Origin: Acholeplasmataceae bacterium
Lineage (GTDB): Bacteria; Bacillota_I; Bacilli_A; Acholeplasmatales; Acholeplasmataceae
DNA length: 64,000 nt
Reading direction: 5' to 3'
Assembly (NCBI GenBank): GCA_963667565.1
Contig: OY763415.1
Span: forward strand, 1,248,001-1,312,000
Under the pieces are notes generated by a model. That model ran no database searches, was not told the DNA's origin, and worked only from the letters and a program-made list of their open reading frames with translations. Made by a program: the position numbers and the translations under genes. Within the stretch, counting starts at the first letter, position 1. Each line of letters opens with the position of its first letter. Of the stretch, positions 18,574 to 28,445 are shown piece by piece.

Positions 18574-19554
18574 TTATGCGCTATCTCCAAGACTAATTTC
18601 TACATCAATGACTTTGTTTTCAATTTTTTCTTTTCTGTAATATGCTTCTATCATTTCTCCGATAGATTTTGCTATTTCTTGAATGTTTTGTGAGATAGAT
18701 GTAATAGATTTGCCTAAATTAATAAAACTTCTCCCACCATCAAATCCAATAACTCTCACTTCTTCAGGAACTTTCCTTCCTATTTTTTCTAACTCTAATA
18801 TAACAGTTGCAGCTACTGCATCCGAAATACAAAATATACCATCAACTTCTGGATGTTGATCTATACCTTTGTTAACAAAGTTAGGGATTTCAATATAGTC
18901 ACCTAATGGATAAACAAGATTAACAATATTTTTTATGCCATGTTTTTTTGCATAATCAATAAAGCCATCTCTTCTTTTAGTTACTTCAGATAAAATATTT
19001 GTGTTAACACCTTGTGTGTCATCACCGATATACATAAGATGGTTACAACCCATTTTTATAAGGTGTTCTGCAGCTAATTCACCACCATGATAGTTATCAC
19101 TAGTAACATATGGAATATCTTTATACACTCTATCAAAAGATATAATTGGTAGGTCTTTTCTTAAATACATTTCAATATCATTATTCGTAATAAGTATACA
19201 AGCGTCTACTCTATTGTTTTCAAGCATCTCAAGATACGCTAATTCTTTTTTGATCTCTTGTGAGGAATTACAAAGCATGAGCTTATATCCATATTTATAA
19301 AGTTCTTCTTCGACAAACTGTAGAAGTTCACCAAAAAAAAGATGGTATGAATTAGGAATAATGAATGCTACTATACCATTTTTTTGTTTAATCATACTTC
19401 TTGCTATCTCATTGGACTTATATCCTAATTTTTTGATTGCTTCTTCAATTTTCAATCTTGTTTCTTCTTTTACATAACCACTTTGATTCGTAACTCTAGA
19501 AACTGTACCAATCCCTACACCAGCTTCTTTTGCAACATCTTTAATTGTTGGCAC
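18574..19554 (-). CDS. LacI family transcriptional regulator (ScrR-like)
   Basis: TIKDVAKEAGVGIGTVSRV HTH, YKSNEIARSM, VIGFDG; GTG start with AGGAG RBS. Confidence 0.93.
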   Translation of the reverse strand: MPTIKDVAKEAGVGIGTVSRVTNQSGYVKEETRLKIEEAIKKLGYKSNEIARSMIKQKNGIVAFIIPNSYHLFFGELLQFVEEELYKYGYKLMLCNSSQEIKKELAYLEMLENNRVDACILITNNDIEMYLRKDLPIISFDRVYKDIPYVTSDNYHGGELAAEHLIKMGCNHLMYIGDDTQGVNTNILSEVTKRRDGFIDYAKKHGIKNIVNLVYPLGDYIEIPNFVNKGIDQHPEVDGIFCISDAVAATVILELEKIGRKVPEEVRVIGFDGGRSFINLGKSITSISQNIQEIAKSIGEMIEAYYRKEKIENKVIDVEISLGDSA

Positions 19555-19653
19555 ATCTTCAACTCCTTTGAGTGTTTGATACTACCATTATATACCAAAT
19601 AAGAACAAATAAAAAGTGAGCCTATGTTAAAGTTGCTCACTTATTAATTAGGA

Positions 19654-21273
19654 TCAAATTTGTTTTAAGATAACTGCTTGATACGGATTTAAATATTTCT
19701 CTAATGAATCACCTGTTTCACTATTAAATACTAATTTACCTTGTAAATTGATCTTTTGTTTTCTGCGACTTAGATTCACTGCAATACATAGTGTTTCTTC
19801 ATGAGTATAGCGTTTAAAAACCATCAGTTTATTCGTTATTTTATAAATTTCAAATTTTCCTTCACGTAATGTTTTAGAGTTTTGACGATATTTAATCATA
19901 TCCTTATAAAAATTCAGTATGGAATCAGAATCATTTTTTTGTTGCTCTATATTAATATACGAAAAATTATTTACTGGTTTTAACCAAGGCTTATGGTTTG
20001 AAAAACCCGCATATTTGGATGAATTCCATTGCATCGGTGTTCTTGCGTTATCGCGAGAAATCCTTGAAATAAAGAACCATCTAAGTCTTTTGGGGACTCG
20101 TTTTTTATTCAATAATGTATCTAAGCGTTTTGATTCAACATCCTGAGTTTCATTAATATCTTTATAGTCAAAATTAGTCATACCGATTTCTTGGCCTTGA
20201 TAAATGAATGGTGTTCCTTTCAATGTTAACAATAACAATGCTAAAGATTTAGCTGATTGTTTCCAATATTTTTTTACGTCACCAAATTGTGAAACGCTTC
20301 TAATTAAGTCATGATTTTCAAAAAATAGAACATTCCAATCTAATATATTTTGATATTTAACAAGTGCTTTATAAAATTTTTTAGGTTTAAATTTTACTCT
20401 AATCCAGCGATACTTGTAATTAGTTTGAGTGTGTTCAAATGTAAATAAGGTATCAAGTTCTTCTCTTTGATGATCACAATACAGTTTGGCTTCTTCAGGA
20501 GATGTAAATCCCGCTTCTCCTACTGTAAAATAATCTCCTTCGCTAAGTACTTCTTTATAAATATCATTCAATATTTTATGATTACCTTCTTGATTTAAAT
20601 AATGTTCTTGACCTCTAAATATATGCTTTTTATCTCCCTGCTCTAGTGTTGTTTTATAAATAAGATTAATCGCATCATATCTAAAACCTGCAATCCCTTT
20701 ATTCAACCAAAAGCGCATAACATTTTTTATTTCTTCTACAACTCGCTCATTTTTAAAATTCAAATCGGGTTGTTCAACAGCAAATAAATGCAAATAATAC
20801 TGTTTTCTAATTTCATCAAATTCCCAAGCAGACCCTGTAAAAATTGAAGTCCAATTATTAGGTTCCTTTCCATTAACTGGATCTTCCCATATATAATAAT
20901 CTGTATATGGCTCGATTTTTAAGCGACTTTTTTCAAACCATTCATGTTGATTGCTGGTGTGGTTCATCACTAAGTCCATAATGATTTTGATGTTGCGTTT
21001 TTGTGCTTGAAAAATTAGTTCATCCATATCATCTAATGTTCCATACATTGGATCTATATCTTTATAATCTGAAATATCATATCCGTAGTCTTTTTGTGGA
21101 GATTTAAATACTGGCGATAGCCAAATCAATTTAATACCCAAATCCTTTAAGTAATCAAGCTTTGAAATGATTCCTTTAATATCACCAATACCATCATCAT
21201 TAGAATCTTTAAAACTTCTTGGGTATATTTGATATGCAACTTCATTCATCCACCATTTATTCATTATCGTCAC
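19654..21273 (-). CDS. Oligo-1,6-glucosidase / alpha-glucosidase (GH13_31-like)
   Basis: YQIYPRSF, DLVMNHTS, YLHLFAVEQPDLN, GFRYDAIN, TVGE, ENHD, YQGQEIGM, SRDNARTPMQW. Confidence 0.9.
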   Translation of the reverse strand: MTIMNKWWMNEVAYQIYPRSFKDSNDDGIGDIKGIISKLDYLKDLGIKLIWLSPVFKSPQKDYGYDISDYKDIDPMYGTLDDMDELIFQAQKRNIKIIMDLVMNHTSNQHEWFEKSRLKIEPYTDYYIWEDPVNGKEPNNWTSIFTGSAWEFDEIRKQYYLHLFAVEQPDLNFKNERVVEEIKNVMRFWLNKGIAGFRYDAINLIYKTTLEQGDKKHIFRGQEHYLNQEGNHKILNDIYKEVLSEGDYFTVGEAGFTSPEEAKLYCDHQREELDTLFTFEHTQTNYKYRWIRVKFKPKKFYKALVKYQNILDWNVLFFENHDLIRSVSQFGDVKKYWKQSAKSLALLLLTLKGTPFIYQGQEIGMTNFDYKDINETQDVESKRLDTLLNKKRVPKRLRWFFISRISRDNARTPMQWNSSKYAGFSNHKPWLKPVNNFSYINIEQQKNDSDSILNFYKDMIKYRQNSKTLREGKFEIYKITNKLMVFKRYTHEETLCIAVNLSRRKQKINLQGKLVFNSETGDSLEKYLNPYQAVILKQI

Positions 21274-21339
21274 TTCACTTTCTTTTTTTATTATAACAAC
21301 ATTAAATAAATATTAGCAATGTCAAAATGAATAGATATG

Positions 21340-21389
21340 AATAAAAAGCACTTCCATACAAAATTAATGATATGGAAGTGCTTTTTATT
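21340..21389. terminator. Strong intrinsic terminator
   Basis: Perfect 19-bp inverted repeat AATAAAAAGCACTTCCATA-12 nt-TATGGAAGTGCTTTTTATT downstream of the PNP gene. Confidence 0.85.
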
Positions 21390-21407
21390 TGTTGAAAACT
21401 ATTTTAA

Positions 21408-22217
21408 TTACATGCCTAAGTATTCTTTTAACATTGCAGTCAATCTAATTCCTGCTTCATTTGCCATTTTAACTACATGTTTGTGATCATGTTTTTTTGT
21501 TTGAATACCTGTAGCCATATTTGTAATTACAGCAATACCTAGAACACTTAATCCGGCATGGTTTGCTGCAATCGTTTCTGGTACAGTACTCATGCCTACA
21601 GCATCTGCACCCATCGTTTTAATCATTTTGATTTCTGCTTTGGTTTCATAATATGGACCCATAAAGCCAGCATAAACGCCTTCTTTAATGTCAATGTTTA
21701 AATTATGCGCAATTTCTTTCATCTTGTTTCTTGAATCTACGCTATATGGTTCAGTCATATCAGGAAATCTCACGCCTAATCTTTCATCATTTTCACCTAT
21801 AAGAGGATTGGTGCCCATAAGGTTAATGAAATCTTCAATGAGCATTATATCTCCAGGTTCAAAATCAAGATTGATTCCTCCACATGCATTTGTGATAATG
21901 ACTTCTTCTACACCTAATGTTTTCATGACATAGATAGGTAATGTGATTTGTTTTTGAGTAAATCCTTCATAGTGATGAAATCTACCAGCCATCACCATAA
22001 GTGTCTTATGTCCATATGTTCCAAAAATGAGACTCCCCTTATGACCTTCCAAAGATGAAGTAGGAAAATGAGGAATATCTTTAAACGAAATTTCATATTT
22101 ATCTTCAATTAAATCAACAATCCCACTTAATCCCGATCCTAAGATTAAGCCAATGGTTGGTGTTTGCGTATATTTTGATTTTAAAAACTGAGCTGTTTCT
22201 AATATTTGATCATACAT
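21408..22217 (-). CDS. punA: Purine nucleoside phosphorylase (trimeric PNP I)
   Basis: ILGSGL, GRFHHYEG, TNACGG, GPYYETKAE, GADAVGMSTVPE, ITNMA. Confidence 0.93.
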   Translation of the reverse strand: MYDQILETAQFLKSKYTQTPTIGLILGSGLSGIVDLIEDKYEISFKDIPHFPTSSLEGHKGSLIFGTYGHKTLMVMAGRFHHYEGFTQKQITLPIYVMKTLGVEEVIITNACGGINLDFEPGDIMLIEDFINLMGTNPLIGENDERLGVRFPDMTEPYSVDSRNKMKEIAHNLNIDIKEGVYAGFMGPYYETKAEIKMIKTMGADAVGMSTVPETIAANHAGLSVLGIAVITNMATGIQTKKHDHKHVVKMANEAGIRLTAMLKEYLGM

Positions 22218-22229
22218 AAATAAACTCCT

Positions 22230-24824
22230 TTATTGATAACTTAAGCCAAATCCAAATGGGAATAAATAATCTTCTTCTTTATATCCACTCGTATTTGAAT
22301 TTGTCCCAAATTGTGATGCATTCATGTACCAAACAAATGGTGTTTTACCTGTAAAATCAAAGTCACCTAGTAAGACATCTGCAATACCATGTCCTGCTTC
22401 ACTTCCTGGTAACCATGCAGCAACAAATGAATCAAAATAAGGTAAGACACTGTTAATTAATAATGGTCTACCTGATAATAATATACCTACGACATTTTTG
22501 CCATCATTGTGTGCATTTTCTGCAATCGTTAATGCACTAGCATTATCTGGATGTGCATTTCTTCCACGAATGATATCAAGTGATGGATCATCTCCATATC
22601 CTTCTGCATATGGTGTTTCAGCAAAAACAACAATCACAGTGTCAGCATAATTTGTATTTGATACTAACGATCCAGAAGTATTTGCTAGAGCTTCTTCAAA
22701 CCCTTCCTTAATCGTCGTTGATCTTACTTCTTTTTCATATTGTGAAGCACCAAGAGCATCATTTGAACTTGGGTCAACAACACCTTGCCATCCTAAAGAC
22801 CATCCACCTAACTGTAAGCCGAAATTATCAGCTCCAGGTCCTACAATCGCAATATTCTCAGTTTTAGTCAGTGGTAAAGATTGATTTTCATTTTTTAGTA
22901 AAACAAGGGATTCTCTGACTGCTTGTCTTGCAATGTCTAAATGTTCTTGATTTGCTAAAAGCTCGGGTTTATATCTAAACAAATCGTTATCGAATAATCC
23001 ATTCTTATATTTAACAGTTAATATTCTATAAACAGCATCATCAATTCTTGATTCTAAAATATCACCTTGGCTTACTGCTTGCAAAATACTGTTATATGCA
23101 TTTTTCCAATCTGATGGTTCCATGAGCATATCGACACCTGCATTGACCGATTGAACCACTTGATCATAATATGAACCTGGTAATTGGTGAATGGCATTAT
23201 AATCAGAAATAATAAAGCCATTAAATCCTAATTCATCTTTTAGTACATCTTGAATCCAATATGTATTTCCATGCATTTTGGCACCTAAAATAGATGAATA
23301 TGAAATCATAATAGTTTGAACATCAGCATCGATTGCTTCTAAATATGGTGCTAAAAACAACGATCTAATTTGTGCTTCTGTCATATTAACATCACCTTGA
23401 TCAATACCACCAGTTGTTCCGCCATCGCCAATATAATGTTTAGCAGTTGCTGCTAAACCATGAGATTGTAAGCCTTCAACATACGATTTTGTTAAACCAG
23501 TTACAAGTGCAGTGTTTTCACTGAAAGACTCATAAGTTCTTCCCCATCTTGCGTCTTGAACAACACTTACAGAAGGTGCAAATGTCCAAGATATACCAGT
23601 AAGTCTAGTTTCTTCTGCGACAACTTGTCCAATGGATTGCATAAGTTCAGGATTGTTTGCTGCACCTAATCCAATATTATGTGGAAACAATGTTGCATCA
23701 AGTAAATTATTATTACCATGAACTGAATCTGTACCAAAAATCATTGGGATTTCTGATGAACTATTTTGAGCACCTAATTGATAAAGTAAATACATATTAT
23801 ACCAATCACTTACTGCATCACCAGGTATAGATCCACCTGCGTTTAAAACTGAACCTAAATTATAATTTTTCACATCATCAGGTGTTACACTTCCTCTTTC
23901 ACCTTGAATCATTTGTCCTACTTTTTCTGCTAATGTCATCGTTGACATTTTTTGATAAACAAACGAATCCATTTGATCAAGATTAGGTGCTATCCATGAT
24001 AATGATCCTTCATTATCATCATGAATAACTTCGCTAGATTCTACAACCTTTATGGATTGTATATAAACTTTGCCTAACTGACTTTCACTGATGTTTCCTA
24101 AAAAAATGTTAAGCTTACCACCATATAAATCAGAACTCGCTAAAAATGAACCTGTATATGTTTGATAATCTTCATTTAGTGTGAATAAATCATCACTTAA
24201 GCGATTATGATTATTATCTTCAAATGCTACACCAATATCTCTCCCGTTTGTAACATCGGTTTTAGCAACAATTGTGAATGTATATCTATTTTGTGACTTA
24301 AATTCAAAACCTTGATAACCAACATATGCATACCAGTCAACAGTTGATGGTGCAATAACATCAACAACTAAATTTGTCTTATGATCGATGGTTTCGTAAT
24401 CAATTGACATATAACTCTCGCCATAAGTATAAAATGAAGGTCCATCACTCATGTAATGTGTAAAATCAAAACCTTCTACATAATCAGAAGGTAGTACAGT
24501 GACACTGATGCTTTCTGAATATCTTTGATCAGTATTTGATACATATAAAAAGATAACATCATAAACACCTTCTGTTGTAAGAAGATTGTTTTCATTAGGA
24601 ATCGTTGATGTAATCATGTCATCAGTAATTTCTACGATTTGATTTTCTTCATCTTCTAGTAAAAACCATGTCTTTAAATCTGGATAGGCATCCCCAACAT
24701 AAAGCTGATTTGTTGCTTCTGCCGTTAATGATACTTGATACGTATGAGTAACTACTTCTTGATTACACGCACTAAGTGCAAATAGAATCATTAACATCAT
24801 CGTCAAAGTTGTAATTTTTTTCAT
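22230..24824 (-). CDS. Lipoprotein GH3 beta-glucosidase/exo-glucanase with N-terminal Ig-like and CBM4/9-like modules
   Basis: Lipobox LSAC; EKVGQMIQ, DSVHG, FPHNIGLGA, RWGRTYES, KHYIGDG, ISDY, AWLPGSE, PFGFGLSY. Confidence 0.88.
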   Translation of the reverse strand: MKKITTLTMMLMILFALSACNQEVVTHTYQVSLTAEATNQLYVGDAYPDLKTWFLLEDEENQIVEITDDMITSTIPNENNLLTTEGVYDVIFLYVSNTDQRYSESISVTVLPSDYVEGFDFTHYMSDGPSFYTYGESYMSIDYETIDHKTNLVVDVIAPSTVDWYAYVGYQGFEFKSQNRYTFTIVAKTDVTNGRDIGVAFEDNNHNRLSDDLFTLNEDYQTYTGSFLASSDLYGGKLNIFLGNISESQLGKVYIQSIKVVESSEVIHDDNEGSLSWIAPNLDQMDSFVYQKMSTMTLAEKVGQMIQGERGSVTPDDVKNYNLGSVLNAGGSIPGDAVSDWYNMYLLYQLGAQNSSSEIPMIFGTDSVHGNNNLLDATLFPHNIGLGAANNPELMQSIGQVVAEETRLTGISWTFAPSVSVVQDARWGRTYESFSENTALVTGLTKSYVEGLQSHGLAATAKHYIGDGGTTGGIDQGDVNMTEAQIRSLFLAPYLEAIDADVQTIMISYSSILGAKMHGNTYWIQDVLKDELGFNGFIISDYNAIHQLPGSYYDQVVQSVNAGVDMLMEPSDWKNAYNSILQAVSQGDILESRIDDAVYRILTVKYKNGLFDNDLFRYKPELLANQEHLDIARQAVRESLVLLKNENQSLPLTKTENIAIVGPGADNFGLQLGGWSLGWQGVVDPSSNDALGASQYEKEVRSTTIKEGFEEALANTSGSLVSNTNYADTVIVVFAETPYAEGYGDDPSLDIIRGRNAHPDNASALTIAENAHNDGKNVVGILLSGRPLLINSVLPYFDSFVAAWLPGSEAGHGIADVLLGDFDFTGKTPFVWYMNASQFGTNSNTSGYKEEDYLFPFGFGLSYQ

Positions 24825-24832
24825 TTTTTCCT

Positions 24833-25195
24833 CTACTTTGTAAGTGAAGCTTGAAATATGGATTTAAGTAAAGCTTCATCTATTTTTTTATCATAATAAA
24901 GTTGCAATGTCATTTTTTCCGTGACCTTATATGATGTAAGAACTTTTAAATGTGATTCAATACCTTTGGCAAAAATATTAACATGATCTTTAAAAAAGAA
25001 CATCATGATTGAAGTTGTAAGCTTATGAAATGAGTTTATGCCTTCTTGAGAAACATAAAAAAACGGATGATTCACAAAAATCATTTCCTTAACATCACTC
25101 ACACTTTGATGCACTAAAGATCTTAATGTATTTGCAACTACTTTGCCTTCTTCATTGAGCGATCCAATATATTGATCAATGGATGTATATTTCAT
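24833..25195 (-). CDS. DUF1801/YdhG-like protein
   Basis: SIDQYI..L...LRSLVH, FKDHVNIF and LQLYYDKKIDEALLK pattern. Confidence 0.65.
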   Translation of the reverse strand: MKYTSIDQYIGSLNEEGKVVANTLRSLVHQSVSDVKEMIFVNHPFFYVSQEGINSFHKLTTSIMMFFFKDHVNIFAKGIESHLKVLTSYKVTEKMTLQLYYDKKIDEALLKSIFQASLTK

Positions 25196-25203
25196 ATCAT
25201 CAC

Positions 25204-25554
25204 TTATCCTCTTGGGTCAGTGATATGCCATAAAACTCCAGCTGGATCTAATAAATGGAATGTTGTTCCATAATGTACTTTCATCAATTCTGTGTGTTTT
25301 ATCATCTGATATTTACTCTTTATTGATTTAACATGTTCCAAAAATGCATTTACATCATCAGTGTATAACTGAATCATCGTATTCTCTGCCCATGCTTTTT
25401 CATAAGCTTTTTGAATGAAAAAACTCACTTTATCTTTTTTAAATAAAGTTAATGAATCATCTTCATATGCAATTTCAAATCCTAGATCAATATAAAATTG
25501 CTTGGATATTTCAAAATCTATTGTTGGAATAAATGGTTGTATCATTGATAGCAT
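25204..25554 (-). CDS. VOC/glyoxalase family protein
   Basis: PFIPTIDFEISKQFYIDLGF, WAENTM, LLDPAGVLWHI. Confidence 0.85.
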   Translation of the reverse strand: MLSMIQPFIPTIDFEISKQFYIDLGFEIAYEDDSLTLFKKDKVSFFIQKAYEKAWAENTMIQLYTDDVNAFLEHVKSIKSKYQMIKHTELMKVHYGTTFHLLDPAGVLWHITDPRG

Positions 25555-25574
25555 GTTTGTTCTCCTTTATGATA

Positions 25575-26318
25575 TTAAATAGTTTTAGTAAATATATCAT
25601 CTGTTCCTAAAACAAATGATTTTAACAGATCTGCAAGATGCGTATCTTCTGTTTCTCGAAGTCTGATAAAGGCCATAACTGGAATTGCTTTAATAATTTT
25701 ATCTAATACATATCCTTTTGACAACATTGCATCCAAATATGGTTTAGAAAAATCATTTGCATATAATCTAAAAATAATGTACGTACTGGCAATATCCATA
25801 ACTGGATTACCTAATTTGGCATTCGTCCAATCAATAATATAGGGTATGTCTTTGTGATAGACAATATTTTCTGGATGAAAATCAAAATGACATAGATGAT
25901 AAGTTTTTTCAATATTATCTATAGATTGTAATGCATGTTTTTTTAATGTTTCATCTAATTGAGATGTTTTTATTTGATATGCAAATGTTTCATATGAGTC
26001 TGCTAGTTTTAAATGTTCATATGACACATATTCAGTTTGTAAATTGATAAAATCTAAAAATCCTTGTTGATAATTATCGTTGATGATTCGATCTGCAAGA
26101 TTCTTTCCATTGAGTAAGGTCATTTGAATCATGCCATCTACTATTTTATATTCTGCAACATTTAATTTGGTATGTTGATAAATCTCATTTTGAATTGCAA
26201 CTTCAAATTTCATATTGTCTAAACTGTAACCTTCTTTGTATTTCTTATATGCAAATTGCCCATCTGTATATACAACAGCTGATATACCTTCTCCCAATTT
26301 ATCCATTTTTTCCTCCAT
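25575..26318 (-). CDS. APH/choline-kinase-like phosphotransferase
   Basis: LGEGISAVVY, LCHFDFHPENI, IIDW. Confidence 0.8.
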   Translation of the reverse strand: MEEKMDKLGEGISAVVYTDGQFAYKKYKEGYSLDNMKFEVAIQNEIYQHTKLNVAEYKIVDGMIQMTLLNGKNLADRIINDNYQQGFLDFINLQTEYVSYEHLKLADSYETFAYQIKTSQLDETLKKHALQSIDNIEKTYHLCHFDFHPENIVYHKDIPYIIDWTNAKLGNPVMDIASTYIIFRLYANDFSKPYLDAMLSKGYVLDKIIKAIPVMAFIRLRETEDTHLADLLKSFVLGTDDIFTKTI

Positions 26319-26326
26319 ATAAACGA

Positions 26327-27442
26327 TTATTTTAATACTAACAGTACGATATTTTCTATATGCTCTGTGTATGAAAACATATCAACTGGTTGTATGTCTT
26401 TTATCTCATACATATGTAGTAAACTTTTTAAATCTCTAACTTGCGTTTCAACATAACATGATATATATACTATGCGTTTAGGTTTTAGTTTTTTAACTGC
26501 ATTTAAAAACTTTAGCGTAGCTCCAACTCTTGCAGGATCAAGAATAAGGACATCAATTTTCCCTTGATACTGTTCCATGTATTTTTCAACATCTTCATTG
26601 TAAAATTTTACATTTTGTATGTGATTTTGTTTAGCATTGATCATGGCATCTTTAACAGCGCTTTGATTGATTTCAACACCAATCACTTCTTTAGCTTGTT
26701 TGGCTGCAAGTAATGAGATTGTCCCAATCCCTGAATAACAATCCATGACTATATCATGATTTGAAATGTTTGCTTGATTAATCGCGTATTCATATAATTT
26801 AATCATTTGATTAGGATTTACTTGATAAAACGATTTAGCTGATAATCTAAATCTTAAACCATCAAATCCATCTTCAATATAACCAGGACCATAAATGATT
26901 TTTTCTTCTCCATATAAAACAATAGGTGTGTGTTTGTTTTGTACCATTTGAATTGCTGTTTTTAATGATTCATGTTCTTTTCTAATGTCATTAACGATAT
27001 GTTTAGCATTTGGGAATAAATTCCCATGTGTAACAAAGACTAAAAGCATATCTTTATTCAAAAATGATTTTCTAATGAGTACATGTTTTATAATACCTTG
27101 TCGTTTTTTTATATCATATGCACTGATTTTATATTGGTTTAACACTTTTTCTATTGTTTGTAATAATTCATTTATTTTATCATCATGAATAAAACTTGAA
27201 AAACCAGGATCAATGTCATGAGTGTTCTCTATAAACATACCTAATCTTAGCTTAGGTCTTTTATCCATAAAAACAGTTGTTGCACTTGCAGTGACTTTAT
27301 GTCTGTAGTGCTGTTCTTGATCATTTTTGATAATCTCATTAATTGGATGTTTAATATTTGATTCACTAAAAACACTTAAGACATGACTTTGTTTAAGTTG
27401 TAATTGTTTTATATATGGTATTTGTTTATAAGTTTGATTCAT
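26327..27442 (-). CDS. rlmD: 23S rRNA m5U methyltransferase RlmD/RumA family, lacking the TRAM domain
   Basis: HYRHK, SFYQVN, DCYSGIGTI, LDPARVG, YISC, PVDMFSYTEHIE; start set at the ATG after AGGTGA. Confidence 0.85.
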   Translation of the reverse strand: MNQTYKQIPYIKQLQLKQSHVLSVFSESNIKHPINEIIKNDQEQHYRHKVTASATTVFMDKRPKLRLGMFIENTHDIDPGFSSFIHDDKINELLQTIEKVLNQYKISAYDIKKRQGIIKHVLIRKSFLNKDMLLVFVTHGNLFPNAKHIVNDIRKEHESLKTAIQMVQNKHTPIVLYGEEKIIYGPGYIEDGFDGLRFRLSAKSFYQVNPNQMIKLYEYAINQANISNHDIVMDCYSGIGTISLLAAKQAKEVIGVEINQSAVKDAMINAKQNHIQNVKFYNEDVEKYMEQYQGKIDVLILDPARVGATLKFLNAVKKLKPKRIVYISCYVETQVRDLKSLLHMYEIKDIQPVDMFSYTEHIENIVLLVLK

Positions 27443-27601
27443 ACGTTCACCTAAGTTTTTTGATATATTTATTTTATCATGAAATGATAACAACCATCAC
27501 ATTTAACCTCCATACCTTATTCATATCAATATTATGGATGTAAATTATTTCAATTTTAGTAAGAAATGTATTAAAATAGATGTAAACTTAGGAGGTTTAT
27601 T

Positions 27602-28393
27602 ATGGAACAAAATGCTTTAGTTAAATTACGTCGTTTTAATCTAATTATGGGTGGGCTTCACTTCATCCAAGGTGTATTGATGCTAATTCTTGCAACTACA
27701 GTTATTCAAAAGATTGCAGAATTTCAACCAGTAATTACCATTAACTTTTTGGAGTTCAATTTTGATACTCAATCATTAGAACCGGCTTCAAGAGCATTAT
27801 TCACATTACCTTTTGGTATCCTTGTAGCGAGCTTCTTATTGCTTTCTGCACTCGCACATGCTCTCATCTCAATCCCAAAGAAAACGAATGAGATTTATGT
27901 GGCTGATCTAAAAAAAGGAATCAATCGATTTAGATGGTTTGAATATGGACTTAGTTCATCAGTAATGATCGTTTTAATTTCAACACTTTTTGGTATTTAT
28001 GACATTGCATCACTTGCTTTAATCTTCATTCTAAACTTTAGTATGAATATGTTTGGATTACTTATGGAACAAGTCAATGCCAATAAAGATGATGGCAAAA
28101 TTAAATGGGGTTCATTTATATGGGGCTCTATTGCAGGTGTTGGTCCATGGGTAGCAATTCTACTTTACATGTTTGGTACTGGTAATTTCGATATGGTACC
28201 TTGGTTTGTATGGGCAATCGTTGGAACATACTTTGTTGCATTTAATACTTTCCCAGTGAATATGGTTCTACAATACAAAAAAGTTGGCAAATGGAAAGAT
28301 TATTTATATGGTGAACGTGTTTATATCATTTTAAGTTTAGTTGCTAAAACTTTCTTAGCTTGGCTAGTATTGTTTGGTGCAATGCAACCTTAA
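27602..28393 (+). CDS. heR: Heliorhodopsin
   Basis: LRRFN..MGGLHFIQG, SALAH, NRFRWFEYGLSSSVM, MNMFG..ME, FNTFPVNM.LQY...GKW.DY..GERVYIILSLVAKTFLAW (retinal-binding Lys in SLVAK); AGGAGG RBS. Confidence 0.95.
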   Translation: MEQNALVKLRRFNLIMGGLHFIQGVLMLILATTVIQKIAEFQPVITINFLEFNFDTQSLEPASRALFTLPFGILVASFLLLSALAHALISIPKKTNEIYVADLKKGINRFRWFEYGLSSSVMIVLISTLFGIYDIASLALIFILNFSMNMFGLLMEQVNANKDDGKIKWGSFIWGSIAGVGPWVAILLYMFGTGNFDMVPWFVWAIVGTYFVAFNTFPVNMVLQYKKVGKWKDYLYGERVYIILSLVAKTFLAWLVLFGAMQP

Positions 28394-28417
28394 TCCTTTC
28401 ATAATCAAATGCATAAA

Positions 28418-28442
28418 AAAATAGGCAAATCTTGCCTATTTT
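28418..28442. terminator. Bidirectional terminator between heR and the YwaF-like gene
   Basis: AAAATAGGCAA-ATC-TTGCCTATTTT. Confidence 0.75.
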
Positions 28443-28445
28443 ATT

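Noticed and set aside
17958..18640. ORFs 17958-18170 (-) and 18455-18640 (+)
   Set aside because: The first is antisense to the better supported 137-aa gene; the second spans the promoter/operator region and the lacI end, with a TTG start and no RBS
21340..21389. 19-bp perfect inverted repeat considered as a MITE or IS end
   Set aside because: Short loop, A/T flanks and position right after the PNP stop fit a terminator; no transposase or target duplication seen
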